From an uncultured Actinomycetota bacterium (lineage in GTDB: Bacteria; Actinomycetota; Actinomycetes; Actinomycetales; Dermatophilaceae): DNA of 64,000 bases. The stretch lies in the NCBI GenBank assembly GCA_963800505.1, contig CAWDBL010000024.1:878-64877 (forward strand), given 5' to 3'. Made by a program: the position numbers and the translations under genes. The notes beneath the pieces are model-generated. The model made no database searches and was not told the origin of the DNA. It saw only the letters and a program-made list of their open reading frames with translations. Numbering within the stretch: the first letter of the stretch is position 1; each line of letters starts with the position of its first letter. This document shows positions 27,517-37,226 of the stretch, in pieces.

Positions 27517-29307
27517 ATGACGGGGGCCGACAGCACCTTCCACGTCGACCTCCGCGGGGTCGTCGACCTGCTGTCGCACCACCTGTACTCCAGCCCCCGG
27601 GTCTACCTGCGCGAGCTGCTGCAGAACGCCGTCGACGCCATCACGGCCCGCGTCGAGGACGAGCCCGACGCTCCGCGCCGCGTGCGGGTGGTTCCCGCCG
27701 ACGTCTCGCCCGACGGGTGCCTGCACGTCGAGGACACCGGGATCGGCCTCGACGAGGCCGGCATCCGCGGGGTGCTGGCGACGATCGGCGCGTCGACGAA
27801 GCGCGACGCGCTGGGGCTGGCCCGCGAGAGCTTCCTGGGCCAGTTCGGCATCGGTCTGCTCTCGTGCTTCCTGGTCACCGACGAGATCCGGGTGACCACG
27901 CGTCGGGCCGGCACTTCCGAGACCTGGCTGTGGGTGGGCCGTGACGACGGCACGTATGCCGTGTCACCGGCGCCCGAGCCACGTCCCGAACCGGGCACCG
28001 ACGTCGCCCTCCGGCCGCGGGGCAGCGCAGCGGACCTGCTGTCGGCCGGCGTCGTGGAGCGGCTGGCCGCGTCGTTCGCCGCCTACCTGCGGCTCGACCT
28101 GGTCGTCGAGACCGCGGCCGGCCCGGTGTCCGTCGCAGGGCGGAGCTTCCCCTGGGAGGGCGGGGCGGTGACCCGGCGGGCCGCCGCGGGCCAGTGGTGC
28201 GAGGACGTGCTCGGCTTCACCCCGCTCGACGTCGTCGACCTCTCCGACCCCGCAGCCGGGGTGCGTGGCCAGGCCTTCGTGCTGCCGCACTCCTCCGCGG
28301 CGCGCGGCACGCACCGGCTCTACGCCAAGCGGATGCTCGTCGGCGAGGCGGTGCCCGACGTGCTGCCCGAGTGGGCGTTCTTCGTGCGGGCGGTGCTCGA
28401 TGCCGACGGGCTCGGGCTCACGGCATCGCGCGAGTCGCTGCACGACGACGAGGCGCTGCACGAGACGCGCAGCCGCCTGGGCGAGCAGCTCAAGCGCTGG
28501 CTGCTGCGGATGGCGCGCACCGACCGGGCGCGGGCCGACGACTTCTTCCGGGTGCACCACCTCGCCGCCAAGGCCGCGGCCACCACCGACGACGACATGC
28601 TCGACGTCGTGGCCGAGCTGCTGCCCTGGGAGACCACGCTCGGCACGATGACGCTGTCCGAGTTCTCCGCCGTCGACCGGGTACTGGCCTACGTCGACCG
28701 CGTCGAGGACTACCAGCAGGTCGCCGCGATCGCCCGGGCCGAGGACATCGCCGTGCTCAACGCCGGCTACGCCTACGACCGCCTGCTCCTCGAGCGCTGG
28801 GTGCGGCGCACGCCCGGGCTCGAGTCGCGCCGACTGGAGCCCGAGCACCTCGCCGACCGGTTCAGTGCCCCCACCCCGCAGGAGGAGGCCGCCTTCGCGC
28901 CGCTGCTCGACGTCGCCCGGTCGGTGCTGGGCCGCGCGCGAGCCGTGCCGGTCGTGCGCTCGTTCCGGCCCGAGTCGTTGCAGGCCGTGCTGCTCGTCGG
29001 CCGCGACGCCGACCGCGAGCGCGACCGCCTCGAGGTGGCCGAGGCCGCCCACGGCCCGTGGGCCGACGCGCTCGACACCCTCTCGGCCCCGGATGCCGTG
29101 CCCCGCTTCGTGCTCAACGCCGACAACGCCGCGGTGCGGCGGCTCGCCGACGCCGGTGACGCTGCCCTGCAGCGGGTGGCGGTCGAGGCCTTGTACGGCC
29201 ACGCCCTGCTCGCGGGACGGCATCCGCTCACTCCGTTCGACAGCGCGCTGGTGGCCCGCGCGCTGCCGGCGCTCATCGACCGGGCCATCGACGGAGGCAG
29301 GGCATGA
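27517..29307 (+). CDS. Hsp90-family GHKL ATPase (short HtpG-like paralogue, 596 aa)
   Basis: ATG 27517 lies within ORF 26656..29307. Bergerat-fold motifs appear in Hsp90 order: 'LRELLQNAVDA', 'VEDTGIGL', 'LGQFGIGLLSCF'. No MEEVD-like C-terminus. Confidence 0.85.
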   Translation: MTGADSTFHVDLRGVVDLLSHHLYSSPRVYLRELLQNAVDAITARVEDEPDAPRRVRVVPADVSPDGCLHVEDTGIGLDEAGIRGVLATIGASTKRDALGLARESFLGQFGIGLLSCFLVTDEIRVTTRRAGTSETWLWVGRDDGTYAVSPAPEPRPEPGTDVALRPRGSAADLLSAGVVERLAASFAAYLRLDLVVETAAGPVSVAGRSFPWEGGAVTRRAAAGQWCEDVLGFTPLDVVDLSDPAAGVRGQAFVLPHSSAARGTHRLYAKRMLVGEAVPDVLPEWAFFVRAVLDADGLGLTASRESLHDDEALHETRSRLGEQLKRWLLRMARTDRARADDFFRVHHLAAKAAATTDDDMLDVVAELLPWETTLGTMTLSEFSAVDRVLAYVDRVEDYQQVAAIARAEDIAVLNAGYAYDRLLLERWVRRTPGLESRRLEPEHLADRFSAPTPQEEAAFAPLLDVARSVLGRARAVPVVRSFRPESLQAVLLVGRDADRERDRLEVAEAAHGPWADALDTLSAPDAVPRFVLNADNAAVRRLADAGDAALQRVAVEALYGHALLAGRHPLTPFDSALVARALPALIDRAIDGGRA

Positions 29308-32111
29308 GGCAGTGGGACCAGGTGTCGGAGGAGTTCGCCCAGGTGTCGATCGCGGCCGACGAGGCGCCGGTGGGTGCCGAGCGGGTGCAGGCCCACGAGG
29401 CGGCGCTGCGGCTGGCCCAGTCGCACGGGTCGTTCGCCGAGGAGTTCGTGGCGCGATGTGACCTGACCCAGGCGCTCTACAAGACGCCGAACGACCCGCG
29501 CACCCTGGTGCACTTCGCCTGGCTGCGGCAGGCGCTCGACCCCGAGCGCGGGCTGGTGCAGGACGACCGTGACGCCGTGCTGTGGCGGCTGAAGTGGGCG
29601 GTCGCGCTCATCGAGGAGCTTCCACAGGTCGGCCTGGACGCCCTCGTGGCGGCCATCGACGACGTCGAGGACGTCTTCCGCGGCGACGGCTACCACCTGC
29701 GGCCCGTGTACGCCGCCCGGGCCCGGCTCGCGCAGGCCGTCGGTGACCCCGCGGGCATCGAGCGCGAGCTCGGCGCCTGGCTCGCCGAGCCGCGCGACAC
29801 CCGCAGTGACTGTCAGGCGTGCGAGCTGCGCGAGCAGGCCCGGCTCGTCGTGGACGGTGACCCGGCCCGGGCGCTGGAGCTGGTGGCCCCGGTCGTCGCC
29901 GGCGACCTCACCTGCGGTGACGAGCCGCGCGCGTGCCTCTCGATCGACGCCGAGGTGCGGCTGGCCCGCGGCGACATCGACGGTGCGGTCGGCTCCTTCC
30001 GGCGCGCCTGGCACCAGTCGCAGGACGACCCGGCGGCGTCGGACTCGGTCGCCGCCTGCCTGCGGGTGCTGGTGCGGCTCGGGAACACCGACCGGGCCGT
30101 CGACCTGCTCCTGCCCCGGCTCTCGTGGCTCGACGAGCTGCACACGCCACGGCAGCGGATGTGGTTCGCCGCGACCGCCGCGTTCGTGCTCGAGCAGGCC
30201 GCCGCCATGGGCCTGGCCCCGGCGACGGTCGGCGACCGCCCGGTCGAGGAGGTGTCGGCCGAGCTGTCCCGCACGGCGACCGACATCGCCCGGGCCTTCG
30301 ACGCGCGTTACGCCTCCACCGTGACCTCTGCGACCCTGGCGGCCGCCCACGACCGCGCGACGGTGGCCGCCGAGCCGACGCTGCCCCCCACGAGGTTGCC
30401 GGCACCGGCCGATGCGGACGACGCTTCCGTGCCGCCCACGACCGACGTGCTCGAGCGGGGCCGGGTGGTGCGCGAGGCCCTGGCGTCGGCGGGCGCCGCC
30501 CTCGAGCCCGAGATGCGCGCCTGGCTGCGCGACCGCGACTCCCTGCTCCCCGTCGAGACGCCGCAGGAGTGGGCGGCCGTGTCGCTGCTCGACCGCACGG
30601 CCGCGCAGGACGCGGGTGGCGCCGACCGGCATCGGCAGCTGCTCGACTCGGCGCTGGACGCGGCCCGCCGGTCCGAGGAGCCGGCGGCGGTCGTCAGGGC
30701 CGAGGGTGAGATCGCGCTGCTCGACGCCGTCGAGGCCACCGATCCGGATGCCGTGGAGGCCGCCCAGTCGCGGGCGGGCCGATGCGCCGAGCGGCTCGAG
30801 GAGAGCGGCGACGATGCCGACGCCGGGAGCCTGTGGCGACGCTTCGCCTGGTTCGGCCGCGCCGACGACCCGGCCCCCCTGCTGGCCCGGGCCGGTGCCG
30901 CCTACGAGCGGGCCGGGCTGGCGCAGCGGCGCCTGCTGTGCGGCATCGAGGAGGCCATGGCGACCGCACCGCGCGACCCCGCGCGCGCCGCCCGCATGCT
31001 CGAGTCGTTGGAGCCAGAGGTCGCCGACAGCCCGTTGCTCGCGTCGATGGCCCTGGACGCGCGCGCGAGGGTCGCGCGCAGCATCGGGGACCTCGACCAG
31101 GCGGTGCACCTTCTGGAGCGAGCCCGGGCGGTGCCCGGGGTGCCGCGGCGGTCACGGCTGGCCGAGCTCGCCGAGCTGTGCGACGTACGGGTCGAGCAGG
31201 AGGCGTGGGCGGAGCTCGAGGGCCCCGCCGCCGACCTCGTCGCGGCCGCCACGCAGGACCGCGACCACGTGGTGCTGGCCTTCGGGCAGCGCTACCTCGG
31301 CCTGGCCTACGTCGAGACCGGCCTGCCGGCCGAGGCCGCGGAGCTGCTCGAAGCCGCCCTGCCGGTGCTGCGCGAGCACCAGCCGAGCCTGGTCGGGCCG
31401 GTCGGCTGGGCCCTGGGCAACGCCCTGCTCGGGATCGGCCAGTGGACCGGGGCGCGCACCGCCTTCGCCACCGCCAGCGCCGCCTTCGAGGCCGAGGACC
31501 GCATCCACGAGGCCGCCCACGCGCAGTGGCGGGCCGGCAACGCGGCCTGGGAGGCCGGGGACCTCGCGGCCGCGGCCAGCCACTTCGAGGACGCCGCCGA
31601 CAAGGCCCGGGCCTCTGGCACCGTGGGCCTGTACGCCGAGGCGCTGCGCTCGCGCGCGGGGCTGCGGGCCGACACCGAGGACCTGGCCGCCGGCATCGTC
31701 GAGCTCGACGCCGCCATCCCGGCCGCGGAGCAGCTGGCTGGCGAGATCGGTTCCGACGAGGGGGAGTTCGACGGCGAGGTGCTCGAGCCGCACGTGCTGC
31801 GCCAGGGCGCCCACCTGCTCGCCCGGCACGGTGAGGTCGACGCCGCGGTCGAGCGGCTGGCCCGGGCCGAGGCCCTGGTCGGCTCGGACTTCGAGCTGGT
31901 GCTGCGCGCCGAGGGCGGCATCTTCCTCGCCGACGACGACCGGCTCGATGTCGCCGAGCCGCGGCTGCAGGCCAGCATCACCGAGCTGCACGCCGCCGGA
32001 CTGGTGCCGACCCGCATCGACGCGGCGGGCGCGCTCGCCCGGGCGCTGGACCGGGCCGGGCGTGGCGACGACGCGCAGGCGGTCTGGGAGCGGTACGGCC
32101 CCGACGAGTGA
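29304..32111 (+). CDS. Large TPR-like helical-repeat protein (935 aa), translationally coupled to the Hsp90-like gene
   Basis: ATGA overlap at 29304-29307. Ala/Leu/Arg/Glu-rich helical repeats, e.g. 'YLGLAYVETGLPAEAAELLEAAL' and 'AQWRAGNAAWEAGDLAAAASHFEDAA'. N-terminal CxxC...Cx6C. Confidence 0.75.
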   Translation: MRQWDQVSEEFAQVSIAADEAPVGAERVQAHEAALRLAQSHGSFAEEFVARCDLTQALYKTPNDPRTLVHFAWLRQALDPERGLVQDDRDAVLWRLKWAVALIEELPQVGLDALVAAIDDVEDVFRGDGYHLRPVYAARARLAQAVGDPAGIERELGAWLAEPRDTRSDCQACELREQARLVVDGDPARALELVAPVVAGDLTCGDEPRACLSIDAEVRLARGDIDGAVGSFRRAWHQSQDDPAASDSVAACLRVLVRLGNTDRAVDLLLPRLSWLDELHTPRQRMWFAATAAFVLEQAAAMGLAPATVGDRPVEEVSAELSRTATDIARAFDARYASTVTSATLAAAHDRATVAAEPTLPPTRLPAPADADDASVPPTTDVLERGRVVREALASAGAALEPEMRAWLRDRDSLLPVETPQEWAAVSLLDRTAAQDAGGADRHRQLLDSALDAARRSEEPAAVVRAEGEIALLDAVEATDPDAVEAAQSRAGRCAERLEESGDDADAGSLWRRFAWFGRADDPAPLLARAGAAYERAGLAQRRLLCGIEEAMATAPRDPARAARMLESLEPEVADSPLLASMALDARARVARSIGDLDQAVHLLERARAVPGVPRRSRLAELAELCDVRVEQEAWAELEGPAADLVAAATQDRDHVVLAFGQRYLGLAYVETGLPAEAAELLEAALPVLREHQPSLVGPVGWALGNALLGIGQWTGARTAFATASAAFEAEDRIHEAAHAQWRAGNAAWEAGDLAAAASHFEDAADKARASGTVGLYAEALRSRAGLRADTEDLAAGIVELDAAIPAAEQLAGEIGSDEGEFDGEVLEPHVLRQGAHLLARHGEVDAAVERLARAEALVGSDFELVLRAEGGIFLADDDRLDVAEPRLQASITELHAAGLVPTRIDAAGALARALDRAGRGDDAQAVWERYGPDE

Positions 32112-32138
32112 CGAGACGCAGCCCGTCGAGCCACGGTC

Positions 32139-32549
32139 CTATTCGATGCGGAGGCGTTCGACGGGTTGGGCGGTGAGCTCGGCGATGAGGTCGAAGTCCT
32201 TGTGCATGTGCAGGACGATGCGCTGGTTCAGTTCAGCTGCAGCGGCGATCAGCAGGTCGGGGATGGACGGTGCGCGATGCTGACCACGTTCTGCCAACAG
32301 GCGTTGCACCTCGACCGCTCGGTCCTCGGCGGTCGGAGTCAGGTACTCCACGGGCATCGCTGCCAACGGTGGTGACCCCATGGCTCGGGACAGCTCGACG
32401 GCGGAACGGGCGGAGAAGCCCGCCTCGAGCAAGGTGACGGTGCTGATGGCGACGAGTCCTCGCTCGATCCGGTTCGCCCACTGATCAGCGTCGGGGCTCG
32501 AACCCAGCCGGACGAGGGCGGACTTGTCGATGAGCCAGGACGTGCTCAT
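32139..32549 (-). CDS. vapC: Type II toxin VapC (PIN-domain ribonuclease)
   Basis: PIN acidic residues in 'WLIDKSAL', 'TLLEAGF', '[10 protein letters not shown]', 'HKDFDLI'. Overlaps the antitoxin stop. Confidence 0.9.
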   Translation of the reverse strand: MSTSWLIDKSALVRLGSSPDADQWANRIERGLVAISTVTLLEAGFSARSAVELSRAMGSPPLAAMPVEYLTPTAEDRAVEVQRLLAERGQHRAPSIPDLLIAAAAELNQRIVLHMHKDFDLIAELTAQPVERLRIE

Positions 32550-32767
32550 GACCAGGCATCGGACATGATCGCGTCGTCGGCAAGGTCGGGCAGGAGCTCT
32601 GCCACTGCACGAAGGTCGCCCGCGGTCACCGACCCCGCGGTGCGGCGGGCTTCACGATGGAGGTGACGGCGCAGGTACTCGGTTCGCGAGATACCCAGTC
32701 GGGCGGCCTGCTCATCGAGCAGGCTCAGGTCTTCAGCCGGGAAGTTGCGAATGAGGACGTCGGGCAT
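32546..32767 (-). CDS. vapB: Type II antitoxin VapB (FitA/Arc-like ribbon-helix-helix)
   Basis: '[36 protein letters not shown]'. AGGAGG lies 6 nt before the ATG. Confidence 0.8.
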   Translation of the reverse strand: MPDVLIRNFPAEDLSLLDEQAARLGISRTEYLRRHLHREARRTAGSVTAGDLRAVAELLPDLADDAIMSDAWS

Positions 32768-32778
32768 GGTGGACCTCC

Positions 32779-32803
32779 TAGATATCTGACGATATCACTA
32801 TCT
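32779..32803 (-). promoter_or_regulatory. vapBC promoter/operator with two GATATC palindromes 10 bp apart
   Basis: 'TAGATATCTGACGATATCACTATCT' is an AT-rich patch in a GC-rich genome, immediately upstream of the vapB SD. Confidence 0.45.
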
Positions 32804-32843
32804 TGCCAACGGGGAACGACCCCTACGTCCCGGCAACTCAGGC

Positions 32844-34250
<1,407 letters not shown>

Positions 34251-34260
34251 GCGCGCAAGG

Positions 34261-34716
34261 CTATCCGTGCGGTGGTCCCTCGGCCGAACCGGTTGCTCCG
34301 GCGGACAGCTCGGCGAGGACGCCCCGGAAGGTGGCGTAGCGACGCGGCCCCACGGCATCGCTCCACTGCCCCTCCAGCTCGGTCATCAGGGCAGCGAAGC
34401 GGATGAGGGTGGCGTCGCCCGACGCGGTGCGCGTCACCAGCCGCACCCGCCGGTCGGATGCCGCGCGCGACTCGGCCAAGTGGCCGCTGGCCACGAGCGT
34501 GGTGACGAACTGGCCGCAGCCCTGCTTCGTCATGCCGACCAGCCCGGCCAGCTCGGTGACCGGACAGCCGGCCTCGGGCACCGACGCCAGCACGCGAAGG
34601 TGCGAAGGCCGTAGTCCCCCCCAGTCGTGTGCGAAGAACGTGGAGCGCACCTCACCGAGGAGCTCGGCGAGGTACATCGCGACGTGTGGGCCCCCGGCAG
34701 GGTTGACAGAGAACAT
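34261..34716 (-). CDS. MarR-family transcriptional regulator
   Basis: Winged HTH '[43 protein letters not shown]'. Confidence 0.85.
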   Translation of the reverse strand: MFSVNPAGGPHVAMYLAELLGEVRSTFFAHDWGGLRPSHLRVLASVPEAGCPVTELAGLVGMTKQGCGQFVTTLVASGHLAESRAASDRRVRLVTRTASGDATLIRFAALMTELEGQWSDAVGPRRYATFRGVLAELSAGATGSAEGPPHG

Positions 34717-34732
34717 AAAGTAACTTTACCTT
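34703..34732 (+). promoter_or_regulatory. Candidate promoter (TTGACA-18-TACCTT) overlapped by the palindrome TAAAGT-A-ACTTTA (candidate MarR operator)
   Basis: TTGACA at 34703-34708. Perfect 6-1-6 inverted repeat at 34716-34728, abutting the MarR start codon and upstream of the kinase-like gene. Confidence 0.4.
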
Positions 34733-34772
34733 TTTGCAAGTGCCATCACGATCAGGTCAGGGGGTGTGGCGG

Positions 34773-35945
34773 ATGGTGAACAGGGGCATCCTCGGGACAG
34801 CGGACGTCGACGACGAGGCGTTCCGGGAGATCGTCGCCGGGGCGCTGGGTGAGGACCCCGCGACCGTCACGGTGCTCGACTGCGACGCCTCGGTCGTGCC
34901 GTACGCCCTCGACGCGATCACCACCGCCGGCCGCTACTGGGTCGCTGCACGCGCGGCCACGCCGAGCGGCGAGCGCGACGTGCGGCTGTTCGTCAAGCAC
35001 GTGCAGTCATGGAGCCGTTCGCCGATGTTCCGCCAGGTTCCCGAGGAGCTGCGGGCGCTCGCCGAGGCGAGCGTCCCGTGGCGCACCGAACCGCTCATCT
35101 ACGAGTCCGACCTGCGCGACCGGCTGCCCGCGGGGCTGACGATGCCGGTGGCGCTGCACGTCGCCTTCCTCGACGAGGCGTCGGCCGTGATCTGGCTGCC
35201 GGCGCTCGACGTCGTCGAGCACGACTGGCGCACACCGGACTACGCGCACGCTGCCCACCTGCTCGGACGGCTGGCTGGAAGTGCCGAAGTGGCCGAGCTC
35301 GCTCGGGTCGGCGAGCTCGATCTCGGTCCGCGCACCATCGCCACCTACGCCGACGGCCGTCTTGCCGGGCAGGTCGCACCCCTTTTGCGCTCGGGCGCTC
35401 TCTGGAGGGTGCCGTGGATCGCCGAGGCCTTCGAGCCCGCGCTGCGCGAGCGCCTGGTGGCCGCCCTCGACGAGGTGCCGGGCTGGGTCGAGGAGGTCGA
35501 GGCGGGACCCCTCGCGGTCGCGCACGGTGACGCCTGCCCCAACAACCTGCTCCGCACGGCCGGCTCCGACGAGATCACCCTGATCGACTACGGCTTCTGG
35601 GGACGGCAGTGCCTCGGCTTCGACCTCGGCCAGCTGCTCGTCGGCGAGGTCCAGCTCGGCCGGCGACCCGCCGACAGCCTGCCCGAGGTGGAGCGCGAGA
35701 TCGTGCCCGCCTACGTCGCCGGGCTGCGCGCCGAGGGCGTCGAGGTCGACGAGGCCACCGTGGCCCGGGCCCACGCCCTGCACCTGATGGTCTTCACGGG
35801 GCTGTCCACCCCACTGGTCGCGCCGCCCGACCCCGACTCCGCTCCCCCGGACCGCGGGACCCGGGCGGTGCTCGCGCGCGACGCCCATGAGCGGGCGGCG
35901 ATCTCGCGGTTCTGCCTCGGGCTGGTCGAGGCGACGTCGGGGTGA
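34773..35945 (+). CDS. Aminoglycoside-phosphotransferase-fold (APH/ChoK-like) kinase
   Basis: Catalytic loop 'AHGDACPNNLL' and 'LIDYGFWG'. ATG 34773 lies within ORF 34734..35945. Confidence 0.75.
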   Translation: MVNRGILGTADVDDEAFREIVAGALGEDPATVTVLDCDASVVPYALDAITTAGRYWVAARAATPSGERDVRLFVKHVQSWSRSPMFRQVPEELRALAEASVPWRTEPLIYESDLRDRLPAGLTMPVALHVAFLDEASAVIWLPALDVVEHDWRTPDYAHAAHLLGRLAGSAEVAELARVGELDLGPRTIATYADGRLAGQVAPLLRSGALWRVPWIAEAFEPALRERLVAALDEVPGWVEEVEAGPLAVAHGDACPNNLLRTAGSDEITLIDYGFWGRQCLGFDLGQLLVGEVQLGRRPADSLPEVEREIVPAYVAGLRAEGVEVDEATVARAHALHLMVFTGLSTPLVAPPDPDSAPPDRGTRAVLARDAHERAAISRFCLGLVEATSG

Positions 35946-35967
35946 CCGGTCGCCGCAACTAGACTTC

Positions 35968-36258
35968 GTGACCGTGTCCCCCCTCCGCGAGTCCCTCGAG
36001 CGCGCCAGCCTGCCGGCGCTGACCTACCTCAGCAGCCTGCCGCGCTTCGTGCCCTTCCTCGGCATCCTGGTGCTGACCTTCGCCGGCATCCTGCTGCCCT
36101 CCCCCGCCTGGCTGCTGCTGGTCGTCGTCATCGCGGTGCTGCTGTGGATCCTCGCGCTGGCCTGGCCGCGACTCACCGGGGCCGAGCGCCTGATGCGCCT
36201 GGCCGTCGTCGCCATCATGGTCGCCATCCTCGTCACCCAGGTGGCCCCGCGCGGCTGA
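35968..36258 (+). CDS. Small membrane protein (3 TM), hypothetical
   Basis: GTG 35968 lies within ORF 35887..36258. Hydrophobic segments 'FVPFLGILVLTFAGILL', 'WLLLVVVIAVLLWILALAW', 'LAVVAIMVAILV'. Confidence 0.55.
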   Translation: MTVSPLRESLERASLPALTYLSSLPRFVPFLGILVLTFAGILLPSPAWLLLVVVIAVLLWILALAWPRLTGAERLMRLAVVAIMVAILVTQVAPRG

Positions 36259-36269
36259 GTGCCTTCATT

Positions 36270-36306
36270 TGACAACGGTTCTCATTCTGAATGAGAATCG
36301 TTGTCA
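36270..36306. promoter_or_regulatory. Two Zur (Fur-family) boxes arranged as a 37-bp hyper-palindrome
   Basis: TGACAACGGTTCTCA (36270-36284) and TGAGAATCGTTGTCA (36292-36306). Each is 7-1-7 palindromic, and they mirror each other. They overlap the znuA start. Confidence 0.7.
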
Positions 36307-37226
36307 TGAAGCGCGCTGCCCTCGCCATCCTCCTCGTCGCCTCGAGCGCGCTCGCCCTGGGTGGTTGCGGGTCCGACGCGCCGGCCACCGACGCCGGGAA
36401 GCTGCAGGTGAGCGCGTCGTTCTACCCCCTGGCCTGGGCGAGCGAGCAGATCGGTGGCACGCACGTCGACGTCACGAGCCTGACCTCCCCCGGCGCCGAG
36501 CCCCACGACCTGGAGCTCACGCCCAAGCAGGTGAGCGGGCTCGGCCGGGCCGACCTGGTCGTCTACGCCTCCGGATACCAGCCGGCCGTCGACGATGCCG
36601 TGGGCAACGTGGCACCGAAGGCGGGGTTCGACGTGGCCCCGACCGCCGACCTGACGGTTCCCGCCGACGGTGAGGAGGCCCACGCGGCCGACCCCGGGAC
36701 CGCGGCGATGGACCCGCACTTCTGGCTCGACCCCGTCCGCTTCGGCGCGGTCGCGACCGCGATCGGCGAGCGGATGGCCTCGGTCGACCCCGCGAACGCG
36801 GCTGACTACCGCCGCAACAGCGCCGCGCTCGTCGCGGAGCTCACGACGCTCGACAAGGCGTACCGGGCCGGCCTGGCCGACTGCCGCCAGGACCAGCTGG
36901 TCACCTCCCACTCGGCCTTCGCGTACCTGGCGCAGCGCTACGACCTGCAGCAGGTCGGCATCTCGGGAGTCAACCCGGACATCGAGCCGGACGCCGCCAC
37001 CCTGCGCCGGATCACCGAGCTCGTCAAGGAGCAGGGGGTCACGACCATCTACACCGAGACCCTGGCCAGCCCGGCCCTCGCGGAGACGGTCGCACGCGAG
37101 ACGGGGGCGGCCACCGCCGTGCTGGACCCGGTCGAGGGGCTCACCGACGCCTCGGCCGGCACGGACTACCTTGAGGTGATGCGCAGCAACCTCGCGACCC
37201 TGCGGAAGGGCCAGCAGTGCCAGTGA
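36306..37226 (+). CDS. znuA: Zinc ABC transporter substrate-binding lipoprotein (TroA/ZnuA family)
   Basis: Lipobox 'LALGGCGS', plus 'FYPLAW', 'EPHDLELTP', 'DPHFWLDP'. The ORF track start of 36291 is also possible. Confidence 0.85.
   Translation: MKRAALAILLVASSALALGGCGSDAPATDAGKLQVSASFYPLAWASEQIGGTHVDVTSLTSPGAEPHDLELTPKQVSGLGRADLVVYASGYQPAVDDAVGNVAPKAGFDVAPTADLTVPADGEEAHAADPGTAAMDPHFWLDPVRFGAVATAIGERMASVDPANAADYRRNSAALVAELTTLDKAYRAGLADCRQDQLVTSHSAFAYLAQRYDLQQVGISGVNPDIEPDAATLRRITELVKEQGVTTIYTETLASPALAETVARETGAATAVLDPVEGLTDASAGTDYLEVMRSNLATLRKGQQCQ

Noticed and set aside
28773-31109. 778-aa reverse-strand ORF covering most of the TPR-like gene
   Set aside because: It is an Arg/Gly/Pro/His-rich low-complexity translation lying exactly antisense to a protein-like forward ORF. 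This is the typical stop-codon-poor shadow frame of high-GC DNA.
34251-34260. T-box or other leader upstream of glyQS
   Set aside because: Only 10 nt separate glyQS from the MarR gene stop, leaving no room for a T-box. glyQS is probably co-transcribed or uses a promoter inside marR.
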